Counted from the first letter of the stretch, positions 29,731 through 39,973 are shown. The stretch: DNA of 64,000 nucleotides from Candidatus Micrarchaeia archaeon (GCA_049967695.1 JBMFSF010000001.1:925-64924), one strand, 5' to 3'. Numbers and translations are program-made. The notes: generated by a model not told the origin, from the sequence alone.

Positions 29731-30096
29731 CTAATGAGGATTAGTAAACGGCACCAACTTATTGCTTTTGTATTCCTCAATTATTTGATCAAGATCCTTG
29801 CTTTCCGGTTTCATTATTTTTATGCCTGCATCTTTTAAATAGTTGTATGCCATCTCTCCGATATTTGTAACAACCATAATATCTGGATCTTCCTTTATGA
29901 TCTTGTCTATAACATACTTGCCGTGGCCAGAGTGCTCTTCTTCGTTGCTATACTCATTCTCGATAAATCTTTTCTTTGGCTCAGATTTTTCATATATATC
30001 TATAATTGCAAATTCAGGAGCCTTCCCAAAATGAGGATAAACTACATATTTGTTTGGCTTTTCCAAATATATGACTGGAACTATAATCCTTGTCAT
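29731..30096 (-). CDS. NifB/NifX-like (dinitrogenase FeMo-cofactor-binding domain family) small protein
   Basis: 121 aa. HFGKAPEFAIIDI ... HGKYVIDKII...DIMVVTNIGEMAYNYLKDAGIKI matches the pattern of the PF02579-type family (recognised from memory). Confidence 0.7.
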   Translation of the reverse strand: MTRIIVPVIYLEKPNKYVVYPHFGKAPEFAIIDIYEKSEPKKRFIENEYSNEEEHSGHGKYVIDKIIKEDPDIMVVTNIGEMAYNYLKDAGIKIMKPESKDLDQIIEEYKSNKLVPFTNPH

Positions 30097-30211
30097 TTGA
30101 ATACCTATTTCTAATTCTCTATTTAAAAATTTAATCTTTTCGCTCCTTTTGTGCAGTAAAAAGCCAAAAAAAATATCAACAAATATAAATCTTAAATTAA
30201 AATAGGTATCT

Positions 30212-31360
30212 ATGATAACTATGGACGGAGTAGATTCTACAATACCTATTAAAAAACAAAATCAAAATCTTTCCACTATAATACTTGCCATTACTGTAAT
30301 AATAATGGTGGCACTATTATATGAAATATACGCCGTAAGCAGCTTGTCTTCTCAGGTAAAAGCCCTTAATTCTGAAGTAATAAATGCCAACAAGACTTCA
30401 AGCCTATATATGCGAGCGATATTTAGTCTGCTAGCTAATAAAACTTTGGCTCCTCTGCCAAGCTACAATATAAGCAGCAGCCTTATAACACCCAACATAA
30501 GCCTTGCAGGATTTCCTGTAATAACTCAGAATCAGCCTTTTGGCCATAGGCTTACTAATATCAACCAGCCATTTAATTCATCAGAACTTTCAATAATCAA
30601 CAATGCTCCAGATAGCTATTTCGAGAAGGCAGGGGAGATGCTTCTAAATGGCACTCTTAAAAATCCGGTTGGTTCAATGCCATTGAATGGTACATTGTTT
30701 ATTGTTAATGGTAAGCCTACAGTAATATACTTCGGGTCAATAACCTGCACGTATTGCTCGGAAAATAAATGGTCAATGGCGCTTGCGCTTTCAAGGTTTG
30801 GAAACTTTTCTGAATTGTTTAAGGGATATAGCTCTTTTGGCGATGCAGACCTACCAACATTGTATTTTGCACCATCGCATTATTCAGAATCCGCGGAGGA
30901 TCTTGGAAACTTTTACAATAGCAAGTATATAAACTTTATATCAATAGAAGATACCAATAACATAACAAGTGGTTTTAACCTGAATCCATTGCAGCTCGTA
31001 CAGCAAAGGATAAACGCCACAGGCAATCTTGCATACAAGGATGCGTTTAGCTTGCTTATGGCTTCGAATGACTTTTCTGGAACACCATTTACCTTGTGGG
31101 GTAAATACTTTGTCAATGGTGCAGATGCTGTAGCGTTTGGCAACTCTACTCCAACTAATAGAACCATACCTCTAGAATACATGACACATGCAGATGTACT
31201 CAACCAGATTGCTGCAGGGTCCAGCCAGTTCTCTATGACAGAATATGCAGGTGCGGACTTTTATATCGCTTTGCTTTGTAAATCTATAAACAATACTGCC
31301 CCTGCATGTACGGGCATTCCTGTAATAAGCAAGCTGGAATCAGCAATTAAATTATCATGA
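30212..31360 (+). CDS. DUF929-like membrane-anchored extracellular thioredoxin-fold protein (CxxC)
   Basis: N-terminal TM (LSTIILAITVIIMVALLY). The segment PTVIYFGSITCTYCSENKWSMALALSRFGNFSEL...LPTLYF matches the DUF929 signature as I recall it. Many NxS/T sequons. Confidence 0.6.
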   Translation: MITMDGVDSTIPIKKQNQNLSTIILAITVIIMVALLYEIYAVSSLSSQVKALNSEVINANKTSSLYMRAIFSLLANKTLAPLPSYNISSSLITPNISLAGFPVITQNQPFGHRLTNINQPFNSSELSIINNAPDSYFEKAGEMLLNGTLKNPVGSMPLNGTLFIVNGKPTVIYFGSITCTYCSENKWSMALALSRFGNFSELFKGYSSFGDADLPTLYFAPSHYSESAEDLGNFYNSKYINFISIEDTNNITSGFNLNPLQLVQQRINATGNLAYKDAFSLLMASNDFSGTPFTLWGKYFVNGADAVAFGNSTPTNRTIPLEYMTHADVLNQIAAGSSQFSMTEYAGADFYIALLCKSINNTAPACTGIPVISKLESAIKLS

Positions 31361-31881
31361 ATTTCAAATTTCCCCGGTTGCGATACCGGGCTTACGCTTT
31401 TTATAAAATATTTTCTAAGCCTGCATACATAATAGCATTTATATTATCTTCTATAGCATACTACTATCTATACCATTTTATCGTGTTCTCTTCTTCGAGC
31501 TTTTTTTATATTTCTACACTGCCCTATTACCTGATATATCTTGTTGTGATATCTTCTGCTTTGCTCTTATCGATAAGCGTGTATGCTATAAAGCTACATA
31601 TGAAATCCGGCATTGTAAATACAGCAGCAAGCGGCGTTGTGCCTGTAATAGCAGGAGTGGTATCTGGCTGCGGCTGTGAAATGCCTCTTCTTGCATCAAT
31701 TCTTTATTTTATAGGGCTTGGCACTTTTGCAGTTTCGAATGTAATGCTTTTTGTATCAAAGTACAATTCCATTATTTTGTATTTCCTTGTATTTATTAAT
31801 CTTGCAGTAATATATTATCAATTGGGCAAGATTCCTAACGTGCTGGTACCGAGTTTCAAGCTTGACAGGGTGAATAAATGA
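31357..31881 (+). CDS. polytopic membrane protein with an intramembrane GCGC motif
   Basis: 174 aa, about 4-5 TMs, with VVSGCGCEMPLLASILYF inside a hydrophobic segment. ATGA overlaps with both neighbours indicate translational coupling. Confidence 0.5.
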   Translation: MNFKFPRLRYRAYAFYKIFSKPAYIIAFILSSIAYYYLYHFIVFSSSSFFYISTLPYYLIYLVVISSALLLSISVYAIKLHMKSGIVNTAASGVVPVIAGVVSGCGCEMPLLASILYFIGLGTFAVSNVMLFVSKYNSIILYFLVFINLAVIYYQLGKIPNVLVPSFKLDRVNK

Positions 31882-33020
31882 AGCCCAAAAGCGATTCTGT
31901 TAAGAAGAAGAGTTTAAATAAAACCTCTTACCGCAGAATCAATAAGCCTACAGCTTTCAAAAAAGGCCAGGCTGAAATCGAAGCAGCGGAAATTCCTTCA
32001 GAAGAGGATATCTTTAAGTATTTTGGGAATTATGCTTCTGATTTTGATATGGAAACTGGCGATGCATACTTTGGCACGCTTCTCTCTGGCATACAAAAAT
32101 CAGGTACAGAACTGAATATAATGCCTGAGTCATTGTTACTAATAAATATGCTTTCCAATATAACTAAATCCATAAGGGAGGTAACTTATAAAAAAGGGAT
32201 TTCTATAGGAAGGCTGCTGAGCAGGATCATATCCAACGGTAAAAAATATATGGTTATAGAAGAAGCGCTTCTAGACCTTTCTCTTTTTTTCGAAAAATGC
32301 GGTTACAAAGCGGTAAGCTTTGCCGTACGCCCCTCTCATATCTGGCTTACTTTCCATTATCCTAAGGGGTACGCAGACCTAAAAAACGCTTCCTCTATAC
32401 ATACATTTGAGGCAGGTATTATCTCAGGCTTTTTGACCACCGCAATGCATAATCTTGTAGAAATGCAAGAAGAGGAATGCATTTATACTGGAAGCCCTCA
32501 GTGCGCTTTCGTCTATTCTTTAGACAGATCTGGAAAAAGGCAGGAATCAATTCAAAAACCTGTTGCTATAGAAGACATATCAAAATTCATAGTAGAAAGA
32601 GTAAAGAATAACGAATGCCAACAAACCTCATATTATATGAGCCCTCTTTATTTCAACATATCTGCGCTTTCTTTGTTTGAAGAGAGCTATTTTGAAAGCA
32701 TAAAAGAAATAGTAAAATACCTTGGCAGCAATATTGCATTGCTAATAGGATTTGATAAGGAAGGACTCGCCCAACCCGACAAGCAGCAAAAATTGAAATT
32801 ATTGTTCAAAATGCTCAATTTGGGAAACGTAACAATTAAAAGCATTTCAAAACTAAATATTAAGATAAGCCTTAATCCTCTTTCATCTATCAGGCAGATT
32901 GCTGAGATTTCAGCATCTTTTGCCTTGGGGATTTTCGAAAACTTGGATAAAAGCATTTATGCTTATATAAAACTGCAGGATGACGGGAGCTATGAAATAT
33001 CTATAGCAACCAAAAAATGA
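31878..33020 (+). CDS. V4R-domain-like protein with a basic N-terminal extension
   Basis: HTFEAGIISGFLTTAMHNLVEMQEEECIYTGSPQCAFVYSL resembles the C-terminal V4R (4-vinyl reductase) signature G..aG.l...v.v.E..C...G...C.F. A second, Cys-less, similar half lies at the C-terminus. Confidence 0.45.
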   Translation: MKPKSDSVKKKSLNKTSYRRINKPTAFKKGQAEIEAAEIPSEEDIFKYFGNYASDFDMETGDAYFGTLLSGIQKSGTELNIMPESLLLINMLSNITKSIREVTYKKGISIGRLLSRIISNGKKYMVIEEALLDLSLFFEKCGYKAVSFAVRPSHIWLTFHYPKGYADLKNASSIHTFEAGIISGFLTTAMHNLVEMQEEECIYTGSPQCAFVYSLDRSGKRQESIQKPVAIEDISKFIVERVKNNECQQTSYYMSPLYFNISALSLFEESYFESIKEIVKYLGSNIALLIGFDKEGLAQPDKQQKLKLLFKMLNLGNVTIKSISKLNIKISLNPLSSIRQIAEISASFALGIFENLDKSIYAYIKLQDDGSYEISIATKK

Positions 33021-33033
33021 AAATGGTGCTTTA

Positions 33034-34503
33034 ATGGCATTGGAATTTATGGATTCGATATCGAAGTACATACCATCGATTAAAGGTCCGAAAAGTCCTC
33101 TCTCATTAAGAGAGAAGTTTGTTTGGACAGGCATAGTTCTTTCAATATATTTTGTGCTGTACAATACTTATGCAATAGGTGTCAGCCAACAGGCAGTTTC
33201 ACAGCCTACGCTGCAGCTTATAAGCATAATTTTTGCAGCAAAGATCGGCAGCATAATAACCATAGGAATAGGCCCTATAGTGCTAGCAAGCATTGTCCTG
33301 CAGCTTGTTGTTGGTTCTGGAATAGTGAACATGGATCTTAATGATATGCAACAGAAGGCAAGGTTCCAAAGCCTCCAAAAACTTGCTGCAATAATCATAG
33401 GCGTAATAGAAGCCATCGTATACGTGAATTCAGGTTTTGTTCCGGTAGCTAGTGCCTCTTACGAAGGCATTGTAATATTGCAGCTGAGCCTTGGAGCGAT
33501 ATTCATAGTGTTTCTTGACGAAATAATGACCAAATACGGCATAAGCTCAGGAATAAACCTGTTTATAGCAGCAGGAGTATCATATGCAATTGTTGGTGGA
33601 ACTATAAGCATACTTCTTCCAGAAGCTGCGGCAGCGATATCTGCAGGAGGCGCCAGTGCCCTAGTAAATGCAATAGAAGCATTTGGGCCTCTATTTTTTG
33701 CAATCATAATATTCATTGTAAGCATATATTTCTTCGAGATGCAGGTTGAGCTTCCTCTTGCATTCGAGCAGTTCCGTGGCGTTGGGGGCCGGCTTCCAAT
33801 ACCTTTTCTGTACGTAAACGTTCTTCCAGTGATACTGGCAGAATCATTGACAATGAGCCTTACTTTTTGGTTTAAATTCCTTGCTGGAGTACATGGCAAC
33901 CTTGCAAATCTCGCCAAATTTTTTGCACTATACCAGATAATTCCTAGCTCTACCGGTGCATCAACTTCCGAATTGACTGGTGGCTTGCTGTATCTGATAT
34001 CTCCACAGTTCCCGATGCCTTATAGTTCCACATATGGTGGAGTTGGAGGTTATGGCCCTTACTTTACATATCTTGCGACTCATACCTCGCAGCTGTTCCT
34101 TCCTTGGGGCGGAGTAATTGCAGTCCCAGAATGGATCCATATAATAATTTATACGCTAGTGCTGGTTGTCCTTTGTGTTATATTCGGAAAGTTCTGGATA
34201 GAAATGACAGGGCAGAGTCCAAAGAAAATGGCCGAGCAGCTTGGCGGTATAGGCTGGCAGATACCAGGGTTTAGAAGAGATCCTAGAATTGTGGAAAACG
34301 TGCTTAACAAATATATACCGCAGCTCACAGTCCTTGGCAGCATATTTGTGGGATTGCTTGCAGCTTTGGCAACACTTTCCGGCGCAATAGGTTCAGGAAT
34401 AGGAATACTACTTACAGTGGGAATAGTGTACATGCTTTACCAGCAGCTCAAGCAGGAGCAGCTCTATGAGACATACCCATTCCTGCAAAAGATAGCAAGT
34501 TAG
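33034..34503 (+). CDS. secY: preprotein translocase subunit SecY
   Basis: 489 aa, 10 TMs. The N-terminus PSIKGPKSPLSLREKFVWTGIVLSIYFVL and the later GISSGINLFIAAGV, PKKMAEQLGGIGWQIPGFRRD are typical archaeal SecY/Sec61alpha motifs. Confidence 0.95.
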   Translation: MALEFMDSISKYIPSIKGPKSPLSLREKFVWTGIVLSIYFVLYNTYAIGVSQQAVSQPTLQLISIIFAAKIGSIITIGIGPIVLASIVLQLVVGSGIVNMDLNDMQQKARFQSLQKLAAIIIGVIEAIVYVNSGFVPVASASYEGIVILQLSLGAIFIVFLDEIMTKYGISSGINLFIAAGVSYAIVGGTISILLPEAAAAISAGGASALVNAIEAFGPLFFAIIIFIVSIYFFEMQVELPLAFEQFRGVGGRLPIPFLYVNVLPVILAESLTMSLTFWFKFLAGVHGNLANLAKFFALYQIIPSSTGASTSELTGGLLYLISPQFPMPYSSTYGGVGGYGPYFTYLATHTSQLFLPWGGVIAVPEWIHIIIYTLVLVVLCVIFGKFWIEMTGQSPKKMAEQLGGIGWQIPGFRRDPRIVENVLNKYIPQLTVLGSIFVGLLAALATLSGAIGSGIGILLTVGIVYMLYQQLKQEQLYETYPFLQKIAS

Positions 34504-34753
34504 CTCTTATTTTCTTTTTATTTTGGCTCTTTTTAGAAAATAATTTAATAAAATAAGTAGGTAAGGTTTGCCAGCAATATCCCTTATTCATATAAAAAAT
34601 CTATTTAGTTAACCCCTCAGCTTGCAATTGCTGCACTCTCAGCTTAATACTGCAAAATAAGTCAAGCAAGCGCTTGCCTTTGCCCTTTCCGATTAAAATA
34701 TCAAGCGAATATTTATATTTTATGTCTCACATATATTTAATGTGGTGGAATAT

Positions 34754-35392
34754 ATGGCTAAAACAAATAAAAATAATAAAAATGTTAAAAGCCAGGTTAA
34801 AGCCAAAGCGCCTGCTTCTTCACACAGTACTCAAATTGCGCATTCACATTACCATAAGTATTATATCGCCTTGGCAATTACTGTCATTGTTGCTTTTCTT
34901 ATTGCCTATTTCACATTGTCTCTATTGCACCTTGCCAGTTCCTATTCCTTAATTTCTAATGATTACTCGCATGCAGTATCTGCAATGTCTAATCCTCTTA
35001 TATTAAATCCTCCAATCATATTTTATACCAATACTACACACAATGTTTCTGCACTGCAAATTGGAGTGCCAGCCAATCAGACCTTCTGCCCTGAAAATTC
35101 AACTATTGTAGAAAGGGTAGGCAAGATGCTTTACATACCTTATTATACCAATCTATCTATAAGGGAAAATTTCACATATGCTGAAGTTTTAAACACCTCT
35201 CAAAATCTCAGTATAATTGGCGCATATGTATCAAAGCCTTTTGTATTGAAGAGCTATAAGATAGTAAGCTTGACGTCTGAGAAATGCGCAGGCTATTCTA
35301 ATGCATTGAAAGAAGTAGTATTCAACCTGCAGGGACCCTCGTATAATTATACCGGAAGACTTATAATAATAGCATATGTAACAAACCAATAA
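34754..35392 (+). CDS. membrane-anchored extracellular protein with N-glycosylation sequons
   Basis: K-rich N-terminus, one TM (YYIALAITVIVAFLIAYFTLSLL), then multiple NxS/T sequons. The ATG at 34754 is preferred to the upstream GTG. Confidence 0.45.
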   Translation: MAKTNKNNKNVKSQVKAKAPASSHSTQIAHSHYHKYYIALAITVIVAFLIAYFTLSLLHLASSYSLISNDYSHAVSAMSNPLILNPPIIFYTNTTHNVSALQIGVPANQTFCPENSTIVERVGKMLYIPYYTNLSIRENFTYAEVLNTSQNLSIIGAYVSKPFVLKSYKIVSLTSEKCAGYSNALKEVVFNLQGPSYNYTGRLIIIAYVTNQ

Positions 35393-35525
35393 TGTTTTGT
35401 TTTCTTTTTTTCGAAAATATTAGAAAATTAGCAAAAGCAGTGCGCTTTTCGTATATTGCAATAGAGGGTTAGAAATTCCAAGCACGTATTTAAATCATAA
35501 AAATAGATTAAAAAAGGAAATAAGC

Positions 35526-35542
35526 GCAGGCAAAAAGCCTGC
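35526..35542 (-). terminator. hairpin GCAGGC-AAAAA-GCCTGC followed on the minus strand by a T6 run
   Basis: Perfect 6-bp stem with a 5-nt loop, read directly. On the minus strand it is followed by CCTTTTTT. Lies downstream of the DUF763 gene and a 36-codon mini-ORF. Confidence 0.35.
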
Positions 35543-35821
35543 TTCAAGAAGCAAGCCTTTTCAAAGTTCGCCTACTCTTCTCTTCTGCAATCTTCTCAAG
35601 CGTTTTCTTCTCTTCTTTTTCCATTTCCAGCGCATTCTGTTTTTCTTTTTCCATTTTCTAGGTATGCTTCCCAATGAATCGCCTAATATCTGCTTATAGC
35701 TGATTTGAAATAAAAGTATAATTTTATTTTTTGGCAAAATATTTAAACCTGTAACTTAGCAAGTGATAAAATTCTCAAGGCTACAGTTTCTGAATACTCT
35801 GAAACTTATAATGCCTGTTAA

Positions 35822-36934
35822 TTATGTTGATTTTTTGGTGCTCATGCTGCTGCTTTCCTGCTTGTAGTTTTCCGAGAAACTCATGCTAAGCCTTTTCAAG
35901 GATTTGTACTTCTCAGTGCTTTCAGCATTGGAGTTTTCTATTATCTCTTTCAGGGAAGAGATTATGCTGTCATAGTGTGCCTTATTTATCTTGTATGGTA
36001 TGCCGTCCTTGCCACCAAGGTTATAAGAATAAAATACTGGATCCCTTTTGTATATTTCCTCGTTGTAAAGCAGGGAGGATATGAACGCTATGGATTTCAA
36101 AGTCTTGCCACCAAGCCCTTTTATTTCGAGAAGCTCTTGGTAACTTTCCGGCTGCATATCGTTTGCGTACTTTAGGAGAGCTCTTGCTCTTTCTGATAAG
36201 TCTATACTTTTTATTATTTCATGCCTGCTTGGCATTTCCTTGCTTTGCCTGAAAGATAGAAGCGAGCCCAGATCCTCGTTCACAAGTAGTAGACTCTTTT
36301 CTTTTATTGCCCGGTTCATCTGAAAGGTAAGGTCATAAACGTTTTCCTGTATGCTTGATACAACCCCATTATTAATTTCAGTAGTCAGGTCTGAAGGGTT
36401 TGCTCTGCTTCCGTCCACCTGGAACCTTATCGCTTTTGCGGATTTAAGCTCCATAGCTTGTTGCACTATACACCAGTCTTTGTCTTTAGAAAATACAAAC
36501 GTATGCTGATATATTGATATTCCATCATAAATTATGCTTCCATCCACTTTTGCAATTATCCTACTGTAATCAGAAAACTCTTTTGCCATGCTTCCTATGC
36601 CTATTACATCGGCCCCCCTTTCTATCTCTTCCGGCGTCCTAATCCCTTCTTTGCCCTTGCCTCCTGCGACAACTATGCCCAGGTTGCTTTCATCAAGAGC
36701 TTCTTTGAGCGCTGCCATTGTTACAGTTGTGGTGCCGCTGCTGTGCCAATCATATCCAAGGGCGCAAGCCAGTGCCTGGAACCAATCTGGGTCAGAGATT
36801 TTTTCTATGACCCATTTTGTTCCATACTCGTTTACTGCTATCTCCAATATGCATCTTGCAAGCTTTACCATTCTTGCAAAAAGCCATTTTGGCGCCTTGC
36901 CCCCATGCAGTGGCATCAAAGTAAGACTTTGCAT
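35822..36934 (-). CDS. DUF763 domain protein
   Basis: The N-terminus MPLHGGKAPKWLFARMVKLA...ISDPDWFQALACALGYDWHSSGTTTVTMAALKEAL matches the DUF763 signature as I recall it. Confidence 0.75.
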   Translation of the reverse strand: MQSLTLMPLHGGKAPKWLFARMVKLARCILEIAVNEYGTKWVIEKISDPDWFQALACALGYDWHSSGTTTVTMAALKEALDESNLGIVVAGGKGKEGIRTPEEIERGADVIGIGSMAKEFSDYSRIIAKVDGSIIYDGISIYQHTFVFSKDKDWCIVQQAMELKSAKAIRFQVDGSRANPSDLTTEINNGVVSSIQENVYDLTFQMNRAIKEKSLLLVNEDLGSLLSFRQSKEMPSRHEIIKSIDLSERARALLKYANDMQPESYQELLEIKGLGGKTLKSIAFISSLLYNEEIYKRDPVFYSYNLGGKDGIPYKINKAHYDSIISSLKEIIENSNAESTEKYKSLKRLSMSFSENYKQESSSMSTKKST

Positions 36935-37185
36935 TAGATAACCTTTTCAGCAAAAATTATATATCTTATTATTCTAATATATGCTGTATATTTATCAATA
37001 ATTTATGCGCATATTTGTCACATATGCTTTTAGGCGCATTTTACGGCAATGCTATAAATTTGCAAATAAATTATAATAACTAGTACTTTACAGTTATGCT
37101 TTTGATTTTGGCTTTTAGAACCAATGCATTATAAAAGAAAAGTATTATAAAAGATAAATTAAAATTCTAATAAACTGGTGAAAAT

Positions 37186-37881
37186 ATGATATATCCAAAT
37201 GCACAAGCTTATGATAGAGGTACAATGTTTAGCCCGGATGGCCAACTTTTCCAAGTAGAATATGCTAAAGCTGCAGTAAAAAAGGGAGCTACTGCTTTGG
37301 GTATGGTTGCTACAGATGGCGTTGTCATTATAGCAGACAAGAACCTGGAGCCTCTTGTAGTTCCAAAAGCATTCCAAAAAATCTACAAGATAGATTCCCT
37401 TATAGGTGCTACATACAGCGGAATAGTTTCTGATGGCTTGCATATTATAGGAAGCATGAGGAACAAGACACAGACCCACCGCATGCTTTATAATGAAACG
37501 GAGTCTGTTGAGACTCTTGCAAGAGAGATGTCAGATGAGATGCAAATTGCAACACAGTACGGCGGCGTAAGGCCTTATGCTGTTTCAATACTAATCGGTG
37601 GCATAAATACAGAGCCAATGCTCTTTGAGATAGATCCTGCAGCTACACCTGTAGGATATAAGGCAGATGCAATAGGCGCAGGCAAGAAAATAGTGACAGA
37701 TCTGCTCATCAAGGAATATAAGGACAGCTATAGTGTGGCTGATGCGCTGCCACTTGGAATAGACATGATAAAGAAAGTCCATGAAGGGAAAATGACAGCA
37801 GAGAGCGTAGAAGCCTCTGTGATAACAAAGAGCAAGGGCTTTTCAATGCTTTCTGTGGAAGAGATTGAAAAATACATTTGA
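37186..37881 (+). CDS. psmA: proteasome alpha subunit
   Basis: AYDRGTMFSPDGQLFQVEYA at the N-terminus, 231 aa. First gene of the conserved proteasome-exosome superoperon. A GGTGA Shine-Dalgarno-like motif lies upstream. Confidence 0.95.
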   Translation: MIYPNAQAYDRGTMFSPDGQLFQVEYAKAAVKKGATALGMVATDGVVIIADKNLEPLVVPKAFQKIYKIDSLIGATYSGIVSDGLHIIGSMRNKTQTHRMLYNETESVETLAREMSDEMQIATQYGGVRPYAVSILIGGINTEPMLFEIDPAATPVGYKADAIGAGKKIVTDLLIKEYKDSYSVADALPLGIDMIKKVHEGKMTAESVEASVITKSKGFSMLSVEEIEKYI

Positions 37882-37908
37882 TACTCTTTTCTGTTATGCT
37901 GTGATACA

Positions 37909-38601
37909 ATGGAAAAGATAATTACCGTTACATATACTCATGGTAAGGAAAATTTCGAAATACTGGTAAATGCAGACCTTGCATATGATTATATAAAAGG
38001 CAAGCAGATACCTCCTTTGACTATTTTAGAGGAGGAGTCTGTATTCAAAAGCGTAAAGACCGGGGAGTTGCAGAGCTCCAACAATCTAAAAGAAGCTTTT
38101 GGTACTACAGATCTTGCAAAGATTGTAGATATAATGCTCAAGAAGGGGCATGTTCCTCTTACTGCCGAAGTGAGGGACAAAATGCTCGAAGACAAGAAAA
38201 GGCAGATTATCGAGATAATATCTAAAAATTCTATAGATCCAAAGACAAATGCACCGAACCCCCCGCTCAGGATAGAAAATGCAATGAAGCAAGCAAAAGT
38301 CAATATAGATGTTTTTAAAGATGCAAATGAGCAGGTAGAAGATATTGTCAAAAAAATAAACATGATAATACCTATAAAGTTTGCTACCGTGTCTATAGAA
38401 ACAATTGTACCGCCAGGAATGAGCAATCGTTGCTATGGCATATTCAAGCACTATGGCATGAAATCGGAAAATGTTATGCCGGATGGTTCTTTAAAGGTTG
38501 TTGTGGAGCTGCCTGCTGGAATGCGTGATGAATTCATAGATAAGATTAGCAGCGCTACGCAAGGCGCTGCAATAATCAAGATATTGCAGGACAAGCAATA
38601 A
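37909..38601 (+). CDS. sdo1: ribosome maturation protein SDO1 (SBDS family)
   Basis: 230 aa. [16 protein letters not shown]...[30 protein letters not shown] is the FYSH-domain pattern. Conserved position after psmA. Confidence 0.9.
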   Translation: MEKIITVTYTHGKENFEILVNADLAYDYIKGKQIPPLTILEEESVFKSVKTGELQSSNNLKEAFGTTDLAKIVDIMLKKGHVPLTAEVRDKMLEDKKRQIIEIISKNSIDPKTNAPNPPLRIENAMKQAKVNIDVFKDANEQVEDIVKKINMIIPIKFATVSIETIVPPGMSNRCYGIFKHYGMKSENVMPDGSLKVVVELPAGMRDEFIDKISSATQGAAIIKILQDKQ

Positions 38602-38617
38602 TGCAAAAGGTAAATAT

Positions 38618-39226
38618 ATGCGAAAGATAGTTTTTCCAGGAACTGAGATAGATAGGAGCATAAATACAGAATATTCATATACGGAATTCAATAAGAAATA
38701 CATTTCTGTATTGAGCATGTATGATTCTGAGACAAATACCATAATACCCTTGGAAGGTTTTTGGCATCCAAATCTTGGGGAGAAGGTTGTAGGGGTTGTT
38801 GTAGATTACGACAGATCAAAGATATATGTTGAGCTTTCTAGCTTTGTGCAGGGAGTAATAGAACTGCCAAAGCATTTCGACAATCCTATAAAAATAGACA
38901 AAGGAGAGTTGGTTGAGGCTACGGTATCTGCTATACAAAGCAAAGTTGAAGTCTCACTTTTGTTTAACAAAATACTTGATAGTGATGGTATTGTAATAAG
39001 AATGCCTGTCGTAAAAATGCCAAGGGTAATAGGCAAAAACAATACAATGATAAGCCAGATTATTGAATATACAAAATCCAATATCATTGTTGGGATGAAT
39101 GGCGTGATATGGCTGAAAGGCGGAAATGCGGATCTTGCGCTTAAGGCCTTTGAAGAGATAAATAAAAATGCTCATATTCATGGATTGACAAACAAGATAA
39201 AAGAGATGTTAACATCTAGCAAGTAA
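38618..39226 (+). CDS. rrp4: exosome complex RNA-binding subunit Rrp4 (S1 + KH)
   Basis: VFPGTEI N-terminal domain, S1-like GEKVVGVVVDYDRSKIYVEL, and KH-like MPRVIGKNNTMISQIIEYTKSNIIVGMNGVIWLKG. Position upstream of rrp41. Confidence 0.8.
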   Translation: MRKIVFPGTEIDRSINTEYSYTEFNKKYISVLSMYDSETNTIIPLEGFWHPNLGEKVVGVVVDYDRSKIYVELSSFVQGVIELPKHFDNPIKIDKGELVEATVSAIQSKVEVSLLFNKILDSDGIVIRMPVVKMPRVIGKNNTMISQIIEYTKSNIIVGMNGVIWLKGGNADLALKAFEEINKNAHIHGLTNKIKEMLTSSK

Positions 39227-39239
39227 GAAGGTGATTTAA

Positions 39240-39959
39240 TTGTCAGGAAAAGATAAACCAGAGTTGATAATAAACGGTAAGAGAACGGATGGTCGCGATT
39301 TTAACGAACTTAGAAATATAAAGATAAAAGCGGGAGTTTTGAGTAATGCGGATGGCTCTGCTTATTTGGAATGGGGCAATAACAAAGTACTTGTTGCTGT
39401 TTTTGGTCCAAAAGAGGCTTTTCCAAAGCATTTATCTGACGACACAAAAGCTGTGATAAAGTGCAATTATGCCATGGCTCCTTTCTCCTCATTGTCTGAG
39501 CACAACAGAAGCGGCCCAAACAGGAGAGCAGTTGAAATATCAAAAGTAACTAGGGAAGTGTTCGAAAATGTTGTAATGCTTAACAAATTTCCCGGTGCCG
39601 AAATAGATATATTTATAGAAATACTTCAATCTGACGGCGGAACTCGTGCAGCAGGCATAACTGCAGCAGCTGTTGCCCTTGCAAATGCCGGTATACCAAT
39701 GAAGGATTTGGTGTATGCTGTAAGCGCTGGAAGAATAGGTGACAAGATAACTCTTGACTTCAACATGATAGAAGACAACTTTTCCGATAGTGACATGCCT
39801 GTAGCAGTTTCACCCAGAAACAAGGAAATCCTGTTGTTGCAGATGGACGGAGGGCTGACAAAAGAGCAGTTTAACCAATGCATAAGCTATATAATGGATG
39901 CAGGCAAAACGATAAGCGCAAAGCAGCAGGAGGCTCTTGCCGAGTTATATAAGCAGTAA
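39240..39959 (+). CDS. rrp41: exosome complex exonuclease Rrp41 (RNase PH family)
   Basis: RTDGRDFNELRNIKIKAGVLSNADGSAYLEWGNNKVLVAVFGP and LQSDGGTRAAGITAAAVALANAGIPM are RNase PH motifs. TTG start. Confidence 0.9.
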   Translation: MSGKDKPELIINGKRTDGRDFNELRNIKIKAGVLSNADGSAYLEWGNNKVLVAVFGPKEAFPKHLSDDTKAVIKCNYAMAPFSSLSEHNRSGPNRRAVEISKVTREVFENVVMLNKFPGAEIDIFIEILQSDGGTRAAGITAAAVALANAGIPMKDLVYAVSAGRIGDKITLDFNMIEDNFSDSDMPVAVSPRNKEILLLQMDGGLTKEQFNQCISYIMDAGKTISAKQQEALAELYKQ

Positions 39960-39973
39960 AAATAAGTGGTAAA

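Noticed and set aside
35544-35654. 36-codon minus-strand mini-ORF MEKEKQNALEMEKEEKKTLEKIAEEKSRRTLKRLAS, downstream of the DUF763 gene and followed by a hairpin and a T-run.
   Set aside because: The terminator-like hairpin right after its stop is suggestive. However, the peptide is a generic charged helix with no recognisable family. I list only the hairpin as a low-confidence feature.
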